64,000 nucleotides of DNA from Octopus bimaculoides (Eukaryota). Below the pieces are notes generated by a model. That model was not told where the DNA came from and did no database searches. It saw nothing but the letters and a program-made list of their open reading frames with translations. Each line of letters opens with the position of its first letter. Within the stretch, counting starts at the first letter, position 1. Location of the stretch: NCBI RefSeq assembly GCF_001194135.2, contig NC_068981.1:135054458-135118457 (forward strand). The letters are read 5' to 3'. This document shows positions 51,081 through 63,280 of this stretch, in pieces. A program made the position numbers and the translations under genes.

Positions 51081-51245
51081 TCTCTGAGTGGTTGGCGTTA
51101 GGAAGGGCATCCAGCTGTAGAAACTCTGCCAAATCAGACTGGAGCCTGGTGTTGCCATCCGGTTTCACCAGTCCTCAGTCAAATCGTCCAACCCATGCTA
51201 GCATGGAAAGCGGACGTTAAACGATGATGATGATGATGATGATGA
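51081..51245 (+). mobile_element. 5'-truncated young family C copy inserted into a family D SINE
   Basis: 6-bp TSD tgacac at 51075-51080 and 51246-51251; (GAT)n tail; intact CpGs. Confidence 0.88.
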
Positions 51246-51671
51246 TGACACAGAATGAGACAATACAGGTACTACTCATTTTTGCTAGTTGAGTGGACTG
51301 GAGCAACTTGAAATAAAGTGTCTTGCTAAAGGACAGAACTCACTATCTTGAATCAAACTCATGACTGGATGATTGAGAGCTGAATAGCCTAACCACTTAG
51401 CCACCTGCCTTTACATTGTTTATAGGAAACATAAACGTCTGTTACTATTTTTTGCCCATGTGGTGTCTATATGAAGAGAGACAGGAACACATATGCAGTT
51501 CCATACAGTTTCCATCTATTATGACTACAGTTTAGCAGATTTAACACCAGTCATTATGTTTCTCATTAATTAATGTTTCTGAAGACAACCGCATCTTTAA
51601 TTTAGCCTATGTTTAAAAGTTGTGTGTAATATAATAAAGAGATGTCAACCAATAGGCTTGTTATGTTTCAG

Positions 51672-51895
51672 GTATGAGGAACTTCACCCTAATACAAAAG
51701 AAATTCCTGTAGAGACTGCTGAAAAAGATCCATCTTTTGCTGATACTTCAGTAAAATCTGATACAACTCAGACTGATAAAATTGAGAACAAGGATAGTTT
51801 GGAAAAGGGAGCAAATGAAGAAACAGCTGAAGAGTTTCCATCTTATTCAGAATGGACCAAAAAAGTTCTTGCAGAAGAAAAAAATAAGCAGGACG
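51672..51895 (+). CDS. SUCO: SUCO coding exon: YEELHPNTKEIPVETAEKDPSF...EETAEEFPSYSEWTKKVLAEEKNKQD
   Basis: tatgtttcag acceptor; ACG|gtaaga donor at 51896; the EEFPSYSEWTKKV motif corresponds to the conserved pre-SUN motif of SUCO (EDIPTFDEWKKKV in vertebrates, from memory). Confidence 0.93.
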
Positions 51896-52021
51896 GTAAG
51901 AGTGATTATATTCATACACTATTTAGCTATAACTTTGAACTGTTATTTATTTTGAAATGCTTGAGTTTATATTAATGTGATACACAAGTACTTCATATTG
52001 GGTTCTGTTATGTTATTGTAG

Positions 52022-52196
52022 ATCAGGGACAGACCAGCAGTAATTTGCCTCAGAAGCAGAAGATGCGTAACAACTATGCATCTGCCGACTGTGGGGCTAA
52101 AGTAGTGCTTGCCAATCCTGAAGCTGAAAATATTAAGTATATCCTGAATAGTAACCCTGATGAGTACATGATCAATCCCTGTCAGTCTAAGAAATG
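52022..52196 (+). CDS. SUCO: SUCO SUN-domain exon: DQGQTSSNLPQKQKMRNNYASADCGAKVVLANPEAENIKYILNSNPDEYMINPCQSKK(W)
   Basis: Follows a 126-nt intron; tgttattgtag acceptor; ATG|gtatgt donor at 52197; NYAS.DCGAK and YM.NPC are SUCO/SLP1 SUN signatures. Confidence 0.97.
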
Positions 52197-53803
52197 GTAT
52201 GTGAAAATTTTAATGTTTTAACATTCACTTGCATTTTAACTTTCTTTTTCTGTACTCCTTGTTATTTCAGCTCTGTTTTTTTTTTGTTTTTTTTTTTTGT
52301 CCCCCCCCCCCATATTAAACTCCCAAGTATTATTATTATTATTCTTAAACCCTGGAAGACATGGGATGAGGTGGTGAAGCATGATCTTTGAATGTTGGGT
52401 CTCACAGAGATGACATGTGATCAAGACCTTTTGCAGTTTGCTGTGTTTGAGAAGACTCGTCGAGCCAAGTGAAATTATAGTCATGGCTAGTGCCGGTAAC
52501 ATGTAAAAGGCATCCAACCGTAGAAACCAAGCCAAATCAGACTGGAACCTAGTGTAGCTCTCCGGCTTACCAGTTCCAGTCAAAATGTCTAACCCAAACC
52601 AGCATGTAAAGCGGATGCTAAATGATGATAAACTGGTTCAGTGGATATCTTCCCATAACAAAATTATAATCACACATATCAGAACTTTACTACAAATCAG
52701 TTTTGCAAGGTTTTTTCCATCTGACTAATTACCTCACAAATCTGGGATTCACTAATCCAACAGCTTTGATGGTTTAGGACAGTAATATATTCACTTTTGT
52801 TTCTGCTGTAGCTTAGTAGAATTGTTCCACAAGACTAGCACTTTCGTCATAAAGAAGTTCAGTTACTCTGAACTTGATTTATGCTGATGCAAGTTTGTAT
52901 CAGTATGAATAATATCACAATATCTTTTACTTGATTTAGTCATTAGACTGTGGCCATGCTGGGGCACTGTGTTGAAGGGTTTTAGTTATTGAATCAACTC
53001 CAGTATTTATGTTGATTTAAAGTCTGGTATTTATTCTATATTCTCTTCTGCTGAACTGCTAAGTTAGAGGGACAAGTCAACACTGATTGTCAAGCAGGGG
53101 AGGAAGGCAAACACAGACACAAAGGCGCACACACATAAACATATGTTTGTGTGTGTGTTTATCAAGGGCTTCTACACAGTTTCCATCTACCAAATTCACT
53201 CTCAAGGCTTTGGTTGGCTGGGGTTATAGAAGACATTTCCCCCAGGGTGCTGTGCAGTGAGACTGAACCCAAAACCCAAAGTGAGCCGTGCATAGTTTTG
53301 CCATTTTTTACATTAAGGTTCACTGATTTGGAAAATCTGCTACTCTGGCCCCTGTCTTGTCCAAGCTTGCCAGATTAGTGAGGTTCAACTTGTATTAGTT
53401 TCTCTCTCAATATTTCAACATCTTATGTTCACTGGAAAAATCTATCTTCTGTAAGAGCATTTATCTTTTTAACAAGGCGCTATTACTACATGGAAAGCAT
53501 CCAGAACTTTCTGTAAAGTAGTTGATGTTAGAAAGGGCATCCAGCCACCGAAACCATGCCAAAGCAAACATTGGAGCATGATACTCTCTTTGGCCTGGCC
53601 CATCAGATCTTGTCAGCCCTTCAGATCCTGTCAACCCATCTAATCCATGCCAGCACAGAACATAGGCTTTAAATGATGATGAATTTTCCAGTTTCATACC
53701 AGTCCCACTTGAATTTTCATGTAATATTTAAGCCTGTCTCTACAACGCCATTTTGAGTTTCCCTAGTACTATATTGCACTTAGCAGTTTATAACCTATAT
53801 TAA

Positions 53804-54022
53804 CCCTTTGGCATTTAAACTGGCCATATCCAGCCAAAATATTCTACTTGTTTTATGCTCCAACTGATCAGATCTTGTCTCTCACCCCAACCCTACAATA
53901 TCATTCTAAAAATTAAGTTACTTCATCAAAATCACAAATCTAAAAGATAATTGCATGATTAATTGAAAACGATTTGAATAAATAAGCATTACTTTTGATA
54001 GAACAATGTGAATGCTAAAGGG
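53804..54022 (+). mobile_element. piggyBac-type MITE (219 bp)
   Basis: TTAA (53800-53803)|ccctttggcatt ... aatgctaaaggg|ctaa. Confidence 0.85.
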
Positions 54023-54271
54023 CTAATATTAACTGTCTAACATAGCAAATGAAGCAATGTCACCATGCTGACTTGATTAGCCAGCTGCTGGAAGTGGCTA
54101 GCAGGTGTTCAAGTAATCCAAAAACATAAGTTAGAAATTTTTATAGTATTTTTATGATGTTATTTTCTATAGTATTTTTATAATGTTTTATAGTTCAGTC
54201 ATTTGAAATTGCCTGCTGTGTCCGACATCCATGTAATAGCAGCAGCTGTATTGGAATATTTGATCTCCAGT

Positions 54272-54390
54272 ATAATTTGTCTGTGAGTGAGTGGAACAAA
54301 GTTAAGTATCTAAATAGTGTGCCAATGTAGCATAATCTGTCTGTGAGTGAGTGAAACAAAGTTAAGTATCTAAATAGTGGGGCAATGTAA
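54272..54390. repeat. Tandem duplication, 60-bp unit x2
   Basis: ataat.tgtctgtgagtgagtg.aacaaagttaagtatctaaatagtg starts at 54272 and again at 54332. Confidence 0.95.
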
Positions 54391-54610
54391 ATGTCAAACA
54401 ATACAACTGTGAATTATATTTCTTTCAATATCTAGATTCATCATACCTTGATTAGCTACTGCACCATTACAAGTTAAACTGTTTCTATTAAAACTGATCT
54501 TCAGTAAAAAAAATGAATTGGCAAGTTGATCACAATAGGGTTAGACTCAAGGAAAAGACTTGTTCTATGCCATTATAGATAAGTGTATGCAAAGTTCAGA
54601 CTTCTAAGGT

Positions 54611-54918
54611 TATTATTACTTCTGCCTTTTGCTAAGGCAGAGGTATTGTTTTCAGTTGTTTGTTTGTCTGTGGACAAGATATCTCTAAAACCACTGAATG
54701 GATTCAGATGAAACTTTCAGGAATGTTTGGCCTCGTGACTGGCATGAACTGATTAGATTTTGGAATCGATTTGGTACTGGACAAGGATTCTGGATTATTT
54801 GTTATATTTACTTTACATGAAGTATTACGAGATATTCTCATTTTAAAAATCATCTCCAACTAATTGTTGAGAGGACGTTGGTATTGCTTTGGCAGAGGTT
54901 TGCGCTCTCTGAGTGCTC

Positions 54919-54921
<3 letters not shown>
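54611..54921 (+). mobile_element. Helentron-associated HINE-like element, copy 2
   Basis: Same body as 26178-26541; subterminal repeat gctttggcagagg and 3' hairpin gcgctc-tct-gagtgc (54902-54916); followed by (TTA)n. Confidence 0.8.
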
Positions 54922-54955
<34 letters not shown>

Positions 54956-55959
54956 TAAATATGTGTGACAGCCAACTGATTGAATTTTTCTTTAGGTGCA
55001 GACATGGCTTTTTGGTAAGAAGTTGGTTCCAGTATTTTGCATTATAGTCCTGTGAGTGGATCTGTTAAATGGAAACTGTAAGAAGCCTGTTGTGTGTATG
55101 TGTGTGTTTTACAGTCTCCTTGCCTAGACTTTGTGTGATAGTTGTAAACAAGTGTCATCACCATGCAAATGGTGTCCTTCATTTCTAACCTTCCATGAAA
55201 GCATGTCTGATTATGAGGAAATATTAACTTACTTGGAAACAGATGCAGGTTAGCAACAGGAAGTGTATCCAGTTGCAGAAAATCCATCTCAACAAATTCT
55301 GTCCAACCCATACAAGTATGGAAAAGTGGACATTATAATGATGATGATGATACACATTAAAGGATGAACTCTTTTGACAAACAGTGAGATAATATCCATA
55401 TTTGTGGCAACCTAGACCATATGATCTACAATTGCTTTCTCAAAATTTCAATGGAAGATTAACAGCAAAACACTTGTCAAATATACAATCCTTCTGCTTT
55501 ACAATAATAAAGTGTACTTACACATGGTACTTATCTACATTTATGTTTTTTTACCTAAAATACTACCCAGTACCAGTGGCAGGATGCAAGTTCATTTCAA
55601 CCAGAAAACTGACACTCTATTGACTTACTCAACTTTCAATCTTATACAATACAGTGTTTGTTTGTTGTTGTTGTTTGTTTTGTCTTTTTTTTAAAATAAG
55701 GTGGCCAACTAGTTGAATCCTTAGTGTGTCATTGGACAAAATAACAGCAGTTCTTCTGGCATGTTACATTTGAAAGTTCAAATCCTGCCTCCCAGGGTCA
55801 ATAAAATAAAGTACCAGTCAAGTAATTGGGTTGCCCCTTCCCTCAAAATTGCTAGCCTTGTACTAATATTAGAAAGAATGATTTATTTGAAAGGGCCAAA
55901 TGATGTTCAGGAAGCTCATTATTTTTTTGTGAACTACAAATGGTTTCTCTCACACTGCA

Positions 55960-56560
55960 GAGAGTAAAGTGTATGAAGCATGTGTGATGATACATGGTAA
56001 TGAAATAGGACTATTTTAATGCAGATCTACAAAAGCTAGAGTCAAATAGGTTGGGTATGATTTGTTAGATGTATAATGGGGTACACGGTGAATATGCACC
56101 AAGACATGGGTGCTGGAATCTTGCTGGAATGTAAGTAGGATGACAGGTATTCACTTTGATATAAGTTGTAATTAAAACAAAACTAGACAAGACATTATGT
56201 ACCTGTCTCTTTGGTGGCTCCATCCTATCTGTGTTGTTATATGCAAGTAAGGTGTGGACTACTTCAAAAAGGGAAGAACATCATTTGGCTAGGAAGATCA
56301 TTGCAAGAGCTTATCTGAAATGAGGTCATTTGAAAATGGAGCAGAGTGAACGACAGGATTGCAGAATACTGAAAGCAAAAGCTTGCAAGGTTCATAGACA
56401 TCAGGGAGACCTATACAGCTGCTGAGTGGTATCCAAGATACCAGAAAAGACCATATTGAAGGCCTCTACAATAATGAGAAGGTAATTTAATTAAACAATT
56501 CAGGCCCCGATGGAAACGAAGTGTGCAATCAAAGAAGAACTGGAAGCCTATTGTAATGAG
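55960..56560 (+). mobile_element. Heavily decayed RTE-like LINE 3' fragments
   Basis: Remnants of KVYEACV..M.HG.E and SVLLYASKVWT motifs with many stops and frameshifts. Confidence 0.5.
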
Positions 56561-56709
56561 TGATGTGCAACAACATCCAATAGTTCAGTCAATACAGGTT
56601 ACAATGTTAATGCTCTTAAAAAGGAAGAGCATGAGTGAACTGAGAGGGATTCGACATTTAAAAATTGTGATATTTAATAACAGTAATGTATTTTTTGTTG
56701 TCTTTCCAG

Positions 56710-56817
56710 GTTCATTGTTGAGTTATGTGAATCCATACAAATAAAGAATATTGAAACAGCCAGTCTAGAATTGTTTTCATCCCGTCCAAAGACCTTCCGA
56801 ATCTCAGTTAGTGATAG
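56710..56817 (+). CDS. SUCO: SUCO SUN-domain exon: FIVELCESIQIKNIETASLELFSSRPKTFRISVSD(R)
   Basis: gtctttccag acceptor; TAG|gtaggt donor at 56818; WF.VELCE and ELFSS.PK.F motifs. Confidence 0.96.
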
Positions 56818-56886
56818 GTAGGTATTCGAGCTTGGTTATCATTTTGGAACAATACGCACGCACTCATCATTTTGGAACAATATGCA

Positions 56887-56956
<70 letters not shown>
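56887..56956. repeat. (CT)n microsatellite
   Basis: About 70 nt downstream of the exon 56710-56817 donor. Confidence 0.95.
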
Positions 56957-56957
<1 letters not shown>

Positions 56958-59576
56958 GTTGACATATACATACTTGATAATGTACTTTATACTCATTGAT
57001 ACATATATGGATACACTCACTGACATACACTCTTAATCACGCACACTAGTAGTTGTAATAGGAGTAGGAGGAGGAGGAGGAGGTTGGCAGAATCCATAAA
57101 AGTATTGGTTAGAATGCATTTTGGTATTTCATTACAGCTCTTTAATTTCCGAATTCAAACCTCACTACAGTCAGCATTGCTTTGCCTTTTATCTCACAGG
57201 ACATCAATCAAATATTAGGATTGATCTAATTGACTATAATATCCCCTCCTCAAAATTAAATATTGTGCCACTGTTAAAGATCAACTATAATTATAATAGT
57301 AAATATCTTTCCTGTTGGTCTGTATTTTGGGATAAAGGGATTGGAGAAGTTCAGGAAGTTATAAGTTCTGTTCTAAACAAAGGGGTTTCTGTATGTACCA
57401 TATTTCAACAGTGGTATTTCAAGTACTTTTTTCCTTTCTATGTGCCCACTACTTTAGTTTTGAAGCCTTTAATGATGCTGGTAATGTCGGGTGTACTTCT
57501 CAAGTTCATTTTTACTCAGTGGTCTGTTGTTGTCTCGGTGGTCTTGTGGGTAAAGGCATATGTAGACACCAATAACATCCTGGGCAGGGTTCAATATCAC
57601 CCAGGGCCTGCACTAAGGGGTCTTATGAAAATTTTTGTCCAACCCATGCTAGCATGGAAAGTGGACATTAAACGATGATGATGATTATAAAGATCTCGCA
57701 GAATTTGTGGTGCTATAAGAATGTTTCTTTATTTGAGAAGAAGACTTTAACATTCATACCTACATAGTGGATAAAATCTGTTCCTCTTTCAGTTGTTTAT
57801 TGAATGGCCAACTCGTTGTTTAGACTCAGGTCAGTCCTGAACCAGCAAATCTTTGATTAAAAACATCCTAGTTCTGATCATCTTGTATTTTATTCAGCCA
57901 TGGTTTAGCTAGAACTACATGATCCCGTGTGTCTTTTTTTTTTTTTTCCTGCAAATGGCATCTGTGCTGGTGGCATGTAAAAGCACCCATTACACTTTCA
58001 AAGTGGTTGGTGTAAGGAAGGGCATTCAGCCATAGAAAACCATGCCAAGTCAACCTGGAGTCTGGTGCAGCCTTCCAGCGTGCCAGCCTGGTCAAACCTT
58101 CCAACCCATGCCAGCATGGACAACAGACGTTAAATGATGATGATAATGAGTAGGTTGTGATTTGAAGGAGATTTGGTTGTTATTTTTAGTTAGTTGAATG
58201 ACCACATAAATGATCCCTCACCTTGGTGATTTGGATGGGTGTAGAATCTTTAAGTCTGAAATACCTAGATTTGAGCACCTCCTTAGAGTACTTTTGGCTA
58301 TAATAACTGTTATCAACCAAATGCAGCAACCAAATCTCCTTCAAATTACTTCCTACTGTCTTGAGAAGAACCCCCCTTAAAAACATAGGACAGGCTAGAT
58401 GATGTAGTCTTAGATATAAATTTCCCCCCAAAGTAGAATGGTCATGGCTGGAATGCATTTCAGTGATAGGCCTATTTAATCAGAGCTGACTTATGGCTAA
58501 CTAACAGTAACAACAAACAGCAACTGCTTCTGGTCATTAGCTATTGCCAGATTCCACTTTAGTGATTTAATAATGTATAGAAAATACTGCTAAAGTGACT
58601 GAATGTCATTTCCCGTTGTCGACTTGTTTTCAAGTAAGGTAATATTTCCTCATGGCTGAACGTGTTTTCACGGAAGATTGAAAATGAACAACCTTATTTG
58701 TAAGACAGTTATGCTCATTTACAACTATTGGCTGGTTCAAAGACACACATATACACAATACACACATGCACACATACATATATATTTATATANNNNNNNN
58801 NNNNNNNNNNNNNNNNNNNNNNNNNNNNNNNNNNNNNNNNNNNNNNNNNNNNNNNNNNNNNNNNNNNNNNNNNNNNNNNNNTATATATATATATATATAT
58901 GTACATCAATATTACAAAGCTTAAAAGCAGCAACTTGGCAGAATCATTAGCAACTCCAGGCAAAATGTTTGGTGGCATTTTGTCTCTCTTTACATTCTGA
59001 GCTCAAATTCGACCGAGGTCAACTTTGCCCTTCATCTTTTAAGGATCAATAAAATAAGTACCAGTTGAGTACTGAGGTTGATGTAATCAAACTATCCCCT
59101 CCTCTGAACGCACTGGCCTTGTGCCAAAATTTGAAATCAATATTATGAAACTTAGGTGGCCTCTGCAGAGAGAATGGGTACTACTTGTATTTCTCAAATT
59201 AAATGATAAGCAAAAATGTTAGTCAGGTATTCAAATCTTTCCTTTGGAATTAGGTTGTCTTCTTCAGCTAAGTATGTAATTTTATCTGTCTTGGTTACTC
59301 AGCTTTATGTTGTGATATTTATTAATAAAGGTTTTTGACTGTGAAGCTCTTTTATTTTTCCAAATATTCTTGTAAATATTCAAATTTAGAACTAGCACCA
59401 AGTAGTTCCATGTTAAAATAGGCAAAAAAATAAAAACTATAAAAAGCAAACAAAATAATTATCTATGCTGTTTGTGATAGCTTTATTTTAAACTAGAACA
59501 CTGTTTAGTAATAAAGCAACTTAGTTAATGTTGAATTGTAAACTGATATCGAATTTATTTTGGTTTATACTTTCAG

Positions 59577-59738
59577 ATACCCCATTAAAGAGTGGCAGCT
59601 ATTAGGTACATTTGAATCAACTGAAGAACGAACAATTCATAAGTATCAAATAACGGAGGAAAATTATTCCAAATTTGTCAAGGTAGACATACTTGATCAC
59701 TATGGCGAGGAGCATTTTTGTCCTCTCACTCTTTTCCG
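59577..59738 (+). CDS. SUCO: SUCO SUN-domain exon: YPIKEWQLLGTFESTEERTIHKYQITEENYSKFVKVDILDHYGEEHFCPLTLF(R)
   Basis: tatactttcag acceptor; CCG|gtaagt donor at 59739; RYP..W..LGTF and HYG.EHFCPL motifs. Confidence 0.97.
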
Positions 59739-60615
59739 GTAAGTTCCAAGTTTATTCTTTGATTCTCTTACTTGTTTCAGTCATTGGATTGGCCTTGCTC
59801 AGTCACTGCCTTCAAGAGTTTTCAGTATCAACTTCATTCATTTGTTTTAACATCTATTTTTCCATACTAGCATGGGTTGGATGAAGACTTATTTGAGGTT
59901 AGTGTTTTATGGCTGGATGGTCTTTCTTTCATACACTCCCATGCTGGTGGCATGTAAAAAGCACCATTCAAACATAGTCAATGCCAGGTCTGCCTGACTG
60001 GCTCCCATGCCAGTAGCATGTAAAATGCACCATCTGAACGTGGCCGATGCCAGTGCCCCCTGACTGGCTCCTGTGTCGGTGGCACATAAAAAGCACCCAC
60101 TACATTCTCAAAGTGGTTGGCGTTAGGAAGGGCATCCAGCTGTAGAAACATCGCCAGATCAGGTTGGAACCTGGTGCAGCCACTGGCTCTCCAGACCTCA
60201 GTGAAACCGTCCAATCCATGCCAGCATGGAAAACAGACATTAAATGATGATGATGCAGGATCACTTCTCAGTTCCACATATCAAGCACCCATGCTAGTAC
60301 CATGAAATAGCACTGGTGCTGGTGCCATGTTGAAAGCACCCAGTACTAAAGTGGTTGGCATAAGGAAGGACATCCAACTGTCGAAACCATTCCAAAATAG
60401 ACAATTGGAGCCTGGTGCAGTTCTCCAGCTGGCCAGCTCTTGTCAAACTGTCCAACCCATATCAGCATGGAAAGTGGGTGTTAAATGGTGATGAGGATAT
60501 CTTAAAAAGCTTTTGCACCTTGCATATCCTAATGATCTTGTATCTTCAAATTAGCATTTATGTAGGAATTGTTTTGGCATCATGTGATGGTGGTAAATGA
60601 GTTTGGCTGTCATAC

Positions 60616-61956
60616 AATCAAGTAGTCATATAACTGATGTCTGTAAGGAAATCAGGTAAAATTTAATGTCCAGGTTAATTGTTTAGTCCCCAATCTCAAC
60701 CATTTTCAAGCACATCTATGAACAAAAGCATTCTAGAACCCTCTTATTACCATCAACATTTTATTTATTTATTTATAAAGCAATTGGTAAATAAACAATC
60801 ATCCAACTCCTTGCCCTTTCCCTTCTCCATGAGGTAGTGATAGCTATTCCAAAAGTCCACCAGCCAACTATCACAACCTGTCTTGCGAATGTAATAGTTT
60901 ATTTACTAATCCTTTAGTAAAAAGTATTGACTGTCAATAATACAAATGTACCACATTCTTAATTTGATTATACTAGTATTTCTTACAGGAGGAAGGAAAG
61001 GCTACAAAGACTGAAAAGCAGGGAACAATTTGTCGTGTTTCCAGTCTTCCATGAAAAACATGTCTGGCCATGGAGAAACATTACTTTGTTTGGAAACAGA
61101 TGAGGGTTGGTGACTGGGAAGACATCGAGCCATAGAAAATTTGCTTCAAAAAATTCCATCTGACTCATGCAAGCATGGAAAAATGGATGTTAAAGGAGGA
61201 TGATAGTGATGAAGTTATTTCTGCAATAGAGAATTGCTATATGATTACTCAACCTGTTAGAAATAACAGCCAAATCTTCTTCAAATCACATTCTACCATA
61301 TTGAATGAGTAAAGGACCACATAAGTAATCAAGTCCTACACATCCCTAAAGAGATGGCATTTCCAGTAGTTTTGAAACTGCTGAATATACCAACAACTAA
61401 AAAAAGTAAATAGATAGCTAACTTTTTGCTCCTTCTCCCTATATTAATGAACAGACAAAATAATTTGCATCCATAGAAATCTGTATTATTTATCATTGTG
61501 TTGGACATGTTAAAAATGGTTTAAAGCCATCGTACTTTATTAAACATGACAAATTGTTCCCTGCTTTTCAGTCTTCATAGCCTCTCCTTCCTCCTGTAAG
61601 AAATACTAGTATAATCAAATTAAGAATGTGGTACATTCGTATTATTGACAGTCAATACTTTTTACTAAAGGATTAGTAAATAAACTATTACACTCGCAAG
61701 ACAGGTTGTGATAGTTGGTTGGTGGACTTTTGGAATAGCTATCACTACCTCATGGAGAAGGAAAAGGGCAAAGTTTATTTACCAATCATTTTATAAATAA
61801 ATTTTTTTTAAATGTTGATGGTAATAAGAGGGTACTAGAATGCTCTTGTTCATAGATGTGCTTGAAAATGGTTGAGATTGGGAACTAAACAGTTAACCTG
61901 GATATTAAATTTTACCTGATTTCCTTACAAACACCAGTTATATGGACTATTTGATT
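60616..61956. repeat. Long inverted repeat: arms 60616-61040 and 61542-61956, ~500-bp spacer
   Basis: By-eye alignment of the left arm to the reverse complement of the right arm gives about 23 substitutions, one 13-nt indel and a few small indels over ~410 nt (roughly 93-95% identity). Confidence 0.95.
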
Positions 61957-62676
61957 AATCTGGCTAATTTTACTGAAAGCTGTTAAATTGGTGACTCTTT
62001 CTATAAATACTGTTTATGTTCATTTGAACAATAAGAATTAATGGGAATTTTTTTTTTTTAAGACATTGGCAATTAAATGTTTATGACACAATTTAAAAAG
62101 GCTTTTGATGTATACAAGTTTTTATGTGCCATTACAAAGTATAAAAGCTTTTGTTGCTTAAATTATCTTGTACAGCATTAATGTGTACAAATTGTTTTTT
62201 TACAACTGAATGTTTCAATTTTCAAACATGAAATAGGTGAACTTAAATGCTGTGTGTTTGAGAAACTTACTTCCCAATCATATCGTCTTGGGTTCAGTCT
62301 CACTGTGTGGTACCTTGAATAAGTGGTTTCTACTAGAGACCCAACCAAAGTCTTGTGAATGTATTTGGTACACAGAAACTAAAAGAAGCCCATTTTGTGT
62401 GCATGCTCACTTGCTCTTATCTAGAAATCATGTGATAGATGTAAATGAGCATCATTGTCATACAAGTGAGGTGGTTTGTTTCCAATCTTCTGTGAAAAAC
62501 ATGTCCAACTATGGGGAAATATTGCTTTGCTTGGAAATGGGTGAAGGTTGGCAACAAGAAGGGCCACAGAAAACTTACCCCTGCAAGTGTTGGAAAGGGG
62601 ACATTAAATGATGATGATGATTTATTGTTTAACATTTCTTTGTTTCATTTTATTTTTTATTTATGGTATTTTTCAG

Positions 62677-62738
62677 GGTTTTTGGTTTCACTATTGAAGA
62701 AGATATGGAAAGTGATGTTAACCAGCATGACGATCTCG
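62677..62738 (+). CDS. SUCO: SUCO exon ending the SUN domain: VFGFTIEEDMESDVNQHDDL
   Basis: tatttttcag acceptor; TCG|gtaagg donor at 62739; completes the (R)VFG motif. Confidence 0.92.
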
Positions 62739-62764
62739 GTAAGGCTAATTAAACTATTTTTATT

Positions 62765-62954
62765 TACTGTATTTGATGGCATAAACAATGCACAGGCATA
62801 TTAGATGCACCCCAATTTCTGTAGTATATATTCAGGGAAAAGGTTTTGATGCATTAAAGCTTGTAATATAAGCCTAAGTTCACATATAGGACCTGGGGTG
62901 ATTTTTGCTACATAATTTTTGAAAAAAAGTGCATATTATTTGCCATTTACAGTA
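62765..62954. mobile_element. Tc1/pogo-type MITE, decayed
   Basis: Termini tactgtattt ... atttacagta (TA-flanked CTGTA/TACAG ends). Confidence 0.5.
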
Positions 62955-63280
62955 TTTCTTTTAAAATTTGTTTTAGTCAAGAGGAAAGGATGGTCCTTTG
63001 AGCTTGTCAGATTCTGTTGTAAATATATTTGGATTTTGAAAGAAGCAGTACGAGTTTTTCTATAGCTATAAAAACATTTATTACATTCACTAAAAACTCT
63101 ATTGAATTTCCAATCCTCTCAGTGAAATGTTTAGATAAAAAGTCTATAGAAATGATTGCGTCAAAACAATTGTGTTTATGTGCAGTTGTTTGCATTTACA
63201 GAAATGTTGTTGTTATCATGTTGCAATATATTGAACTTGTTCTTTTGTTAATGGATTCTAATTCACCTTTTATATTTCAG

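Larger units (their letters stand above)
16662..58881. other. Assembly gaps (N runs): 16662-17482, 24845-25160, 25673-25682, 37246-37970, 48077-48244, 48787-48895, 49688-49970, 58793-58881
   Basis: Read directly; most abut microsatellites, homopolymers or young repeats, as expected for short-read scaffolding. Confidence 0.99.

Noticed and set aside
57121-57678. 185-aa gap-free ORF
   Set aside because: It is a chimera of a SINE B remnant, a minus-strand decayed LINE segment and a family C tail. It has no splice signals or domain motif and lies within a SUCO intron.
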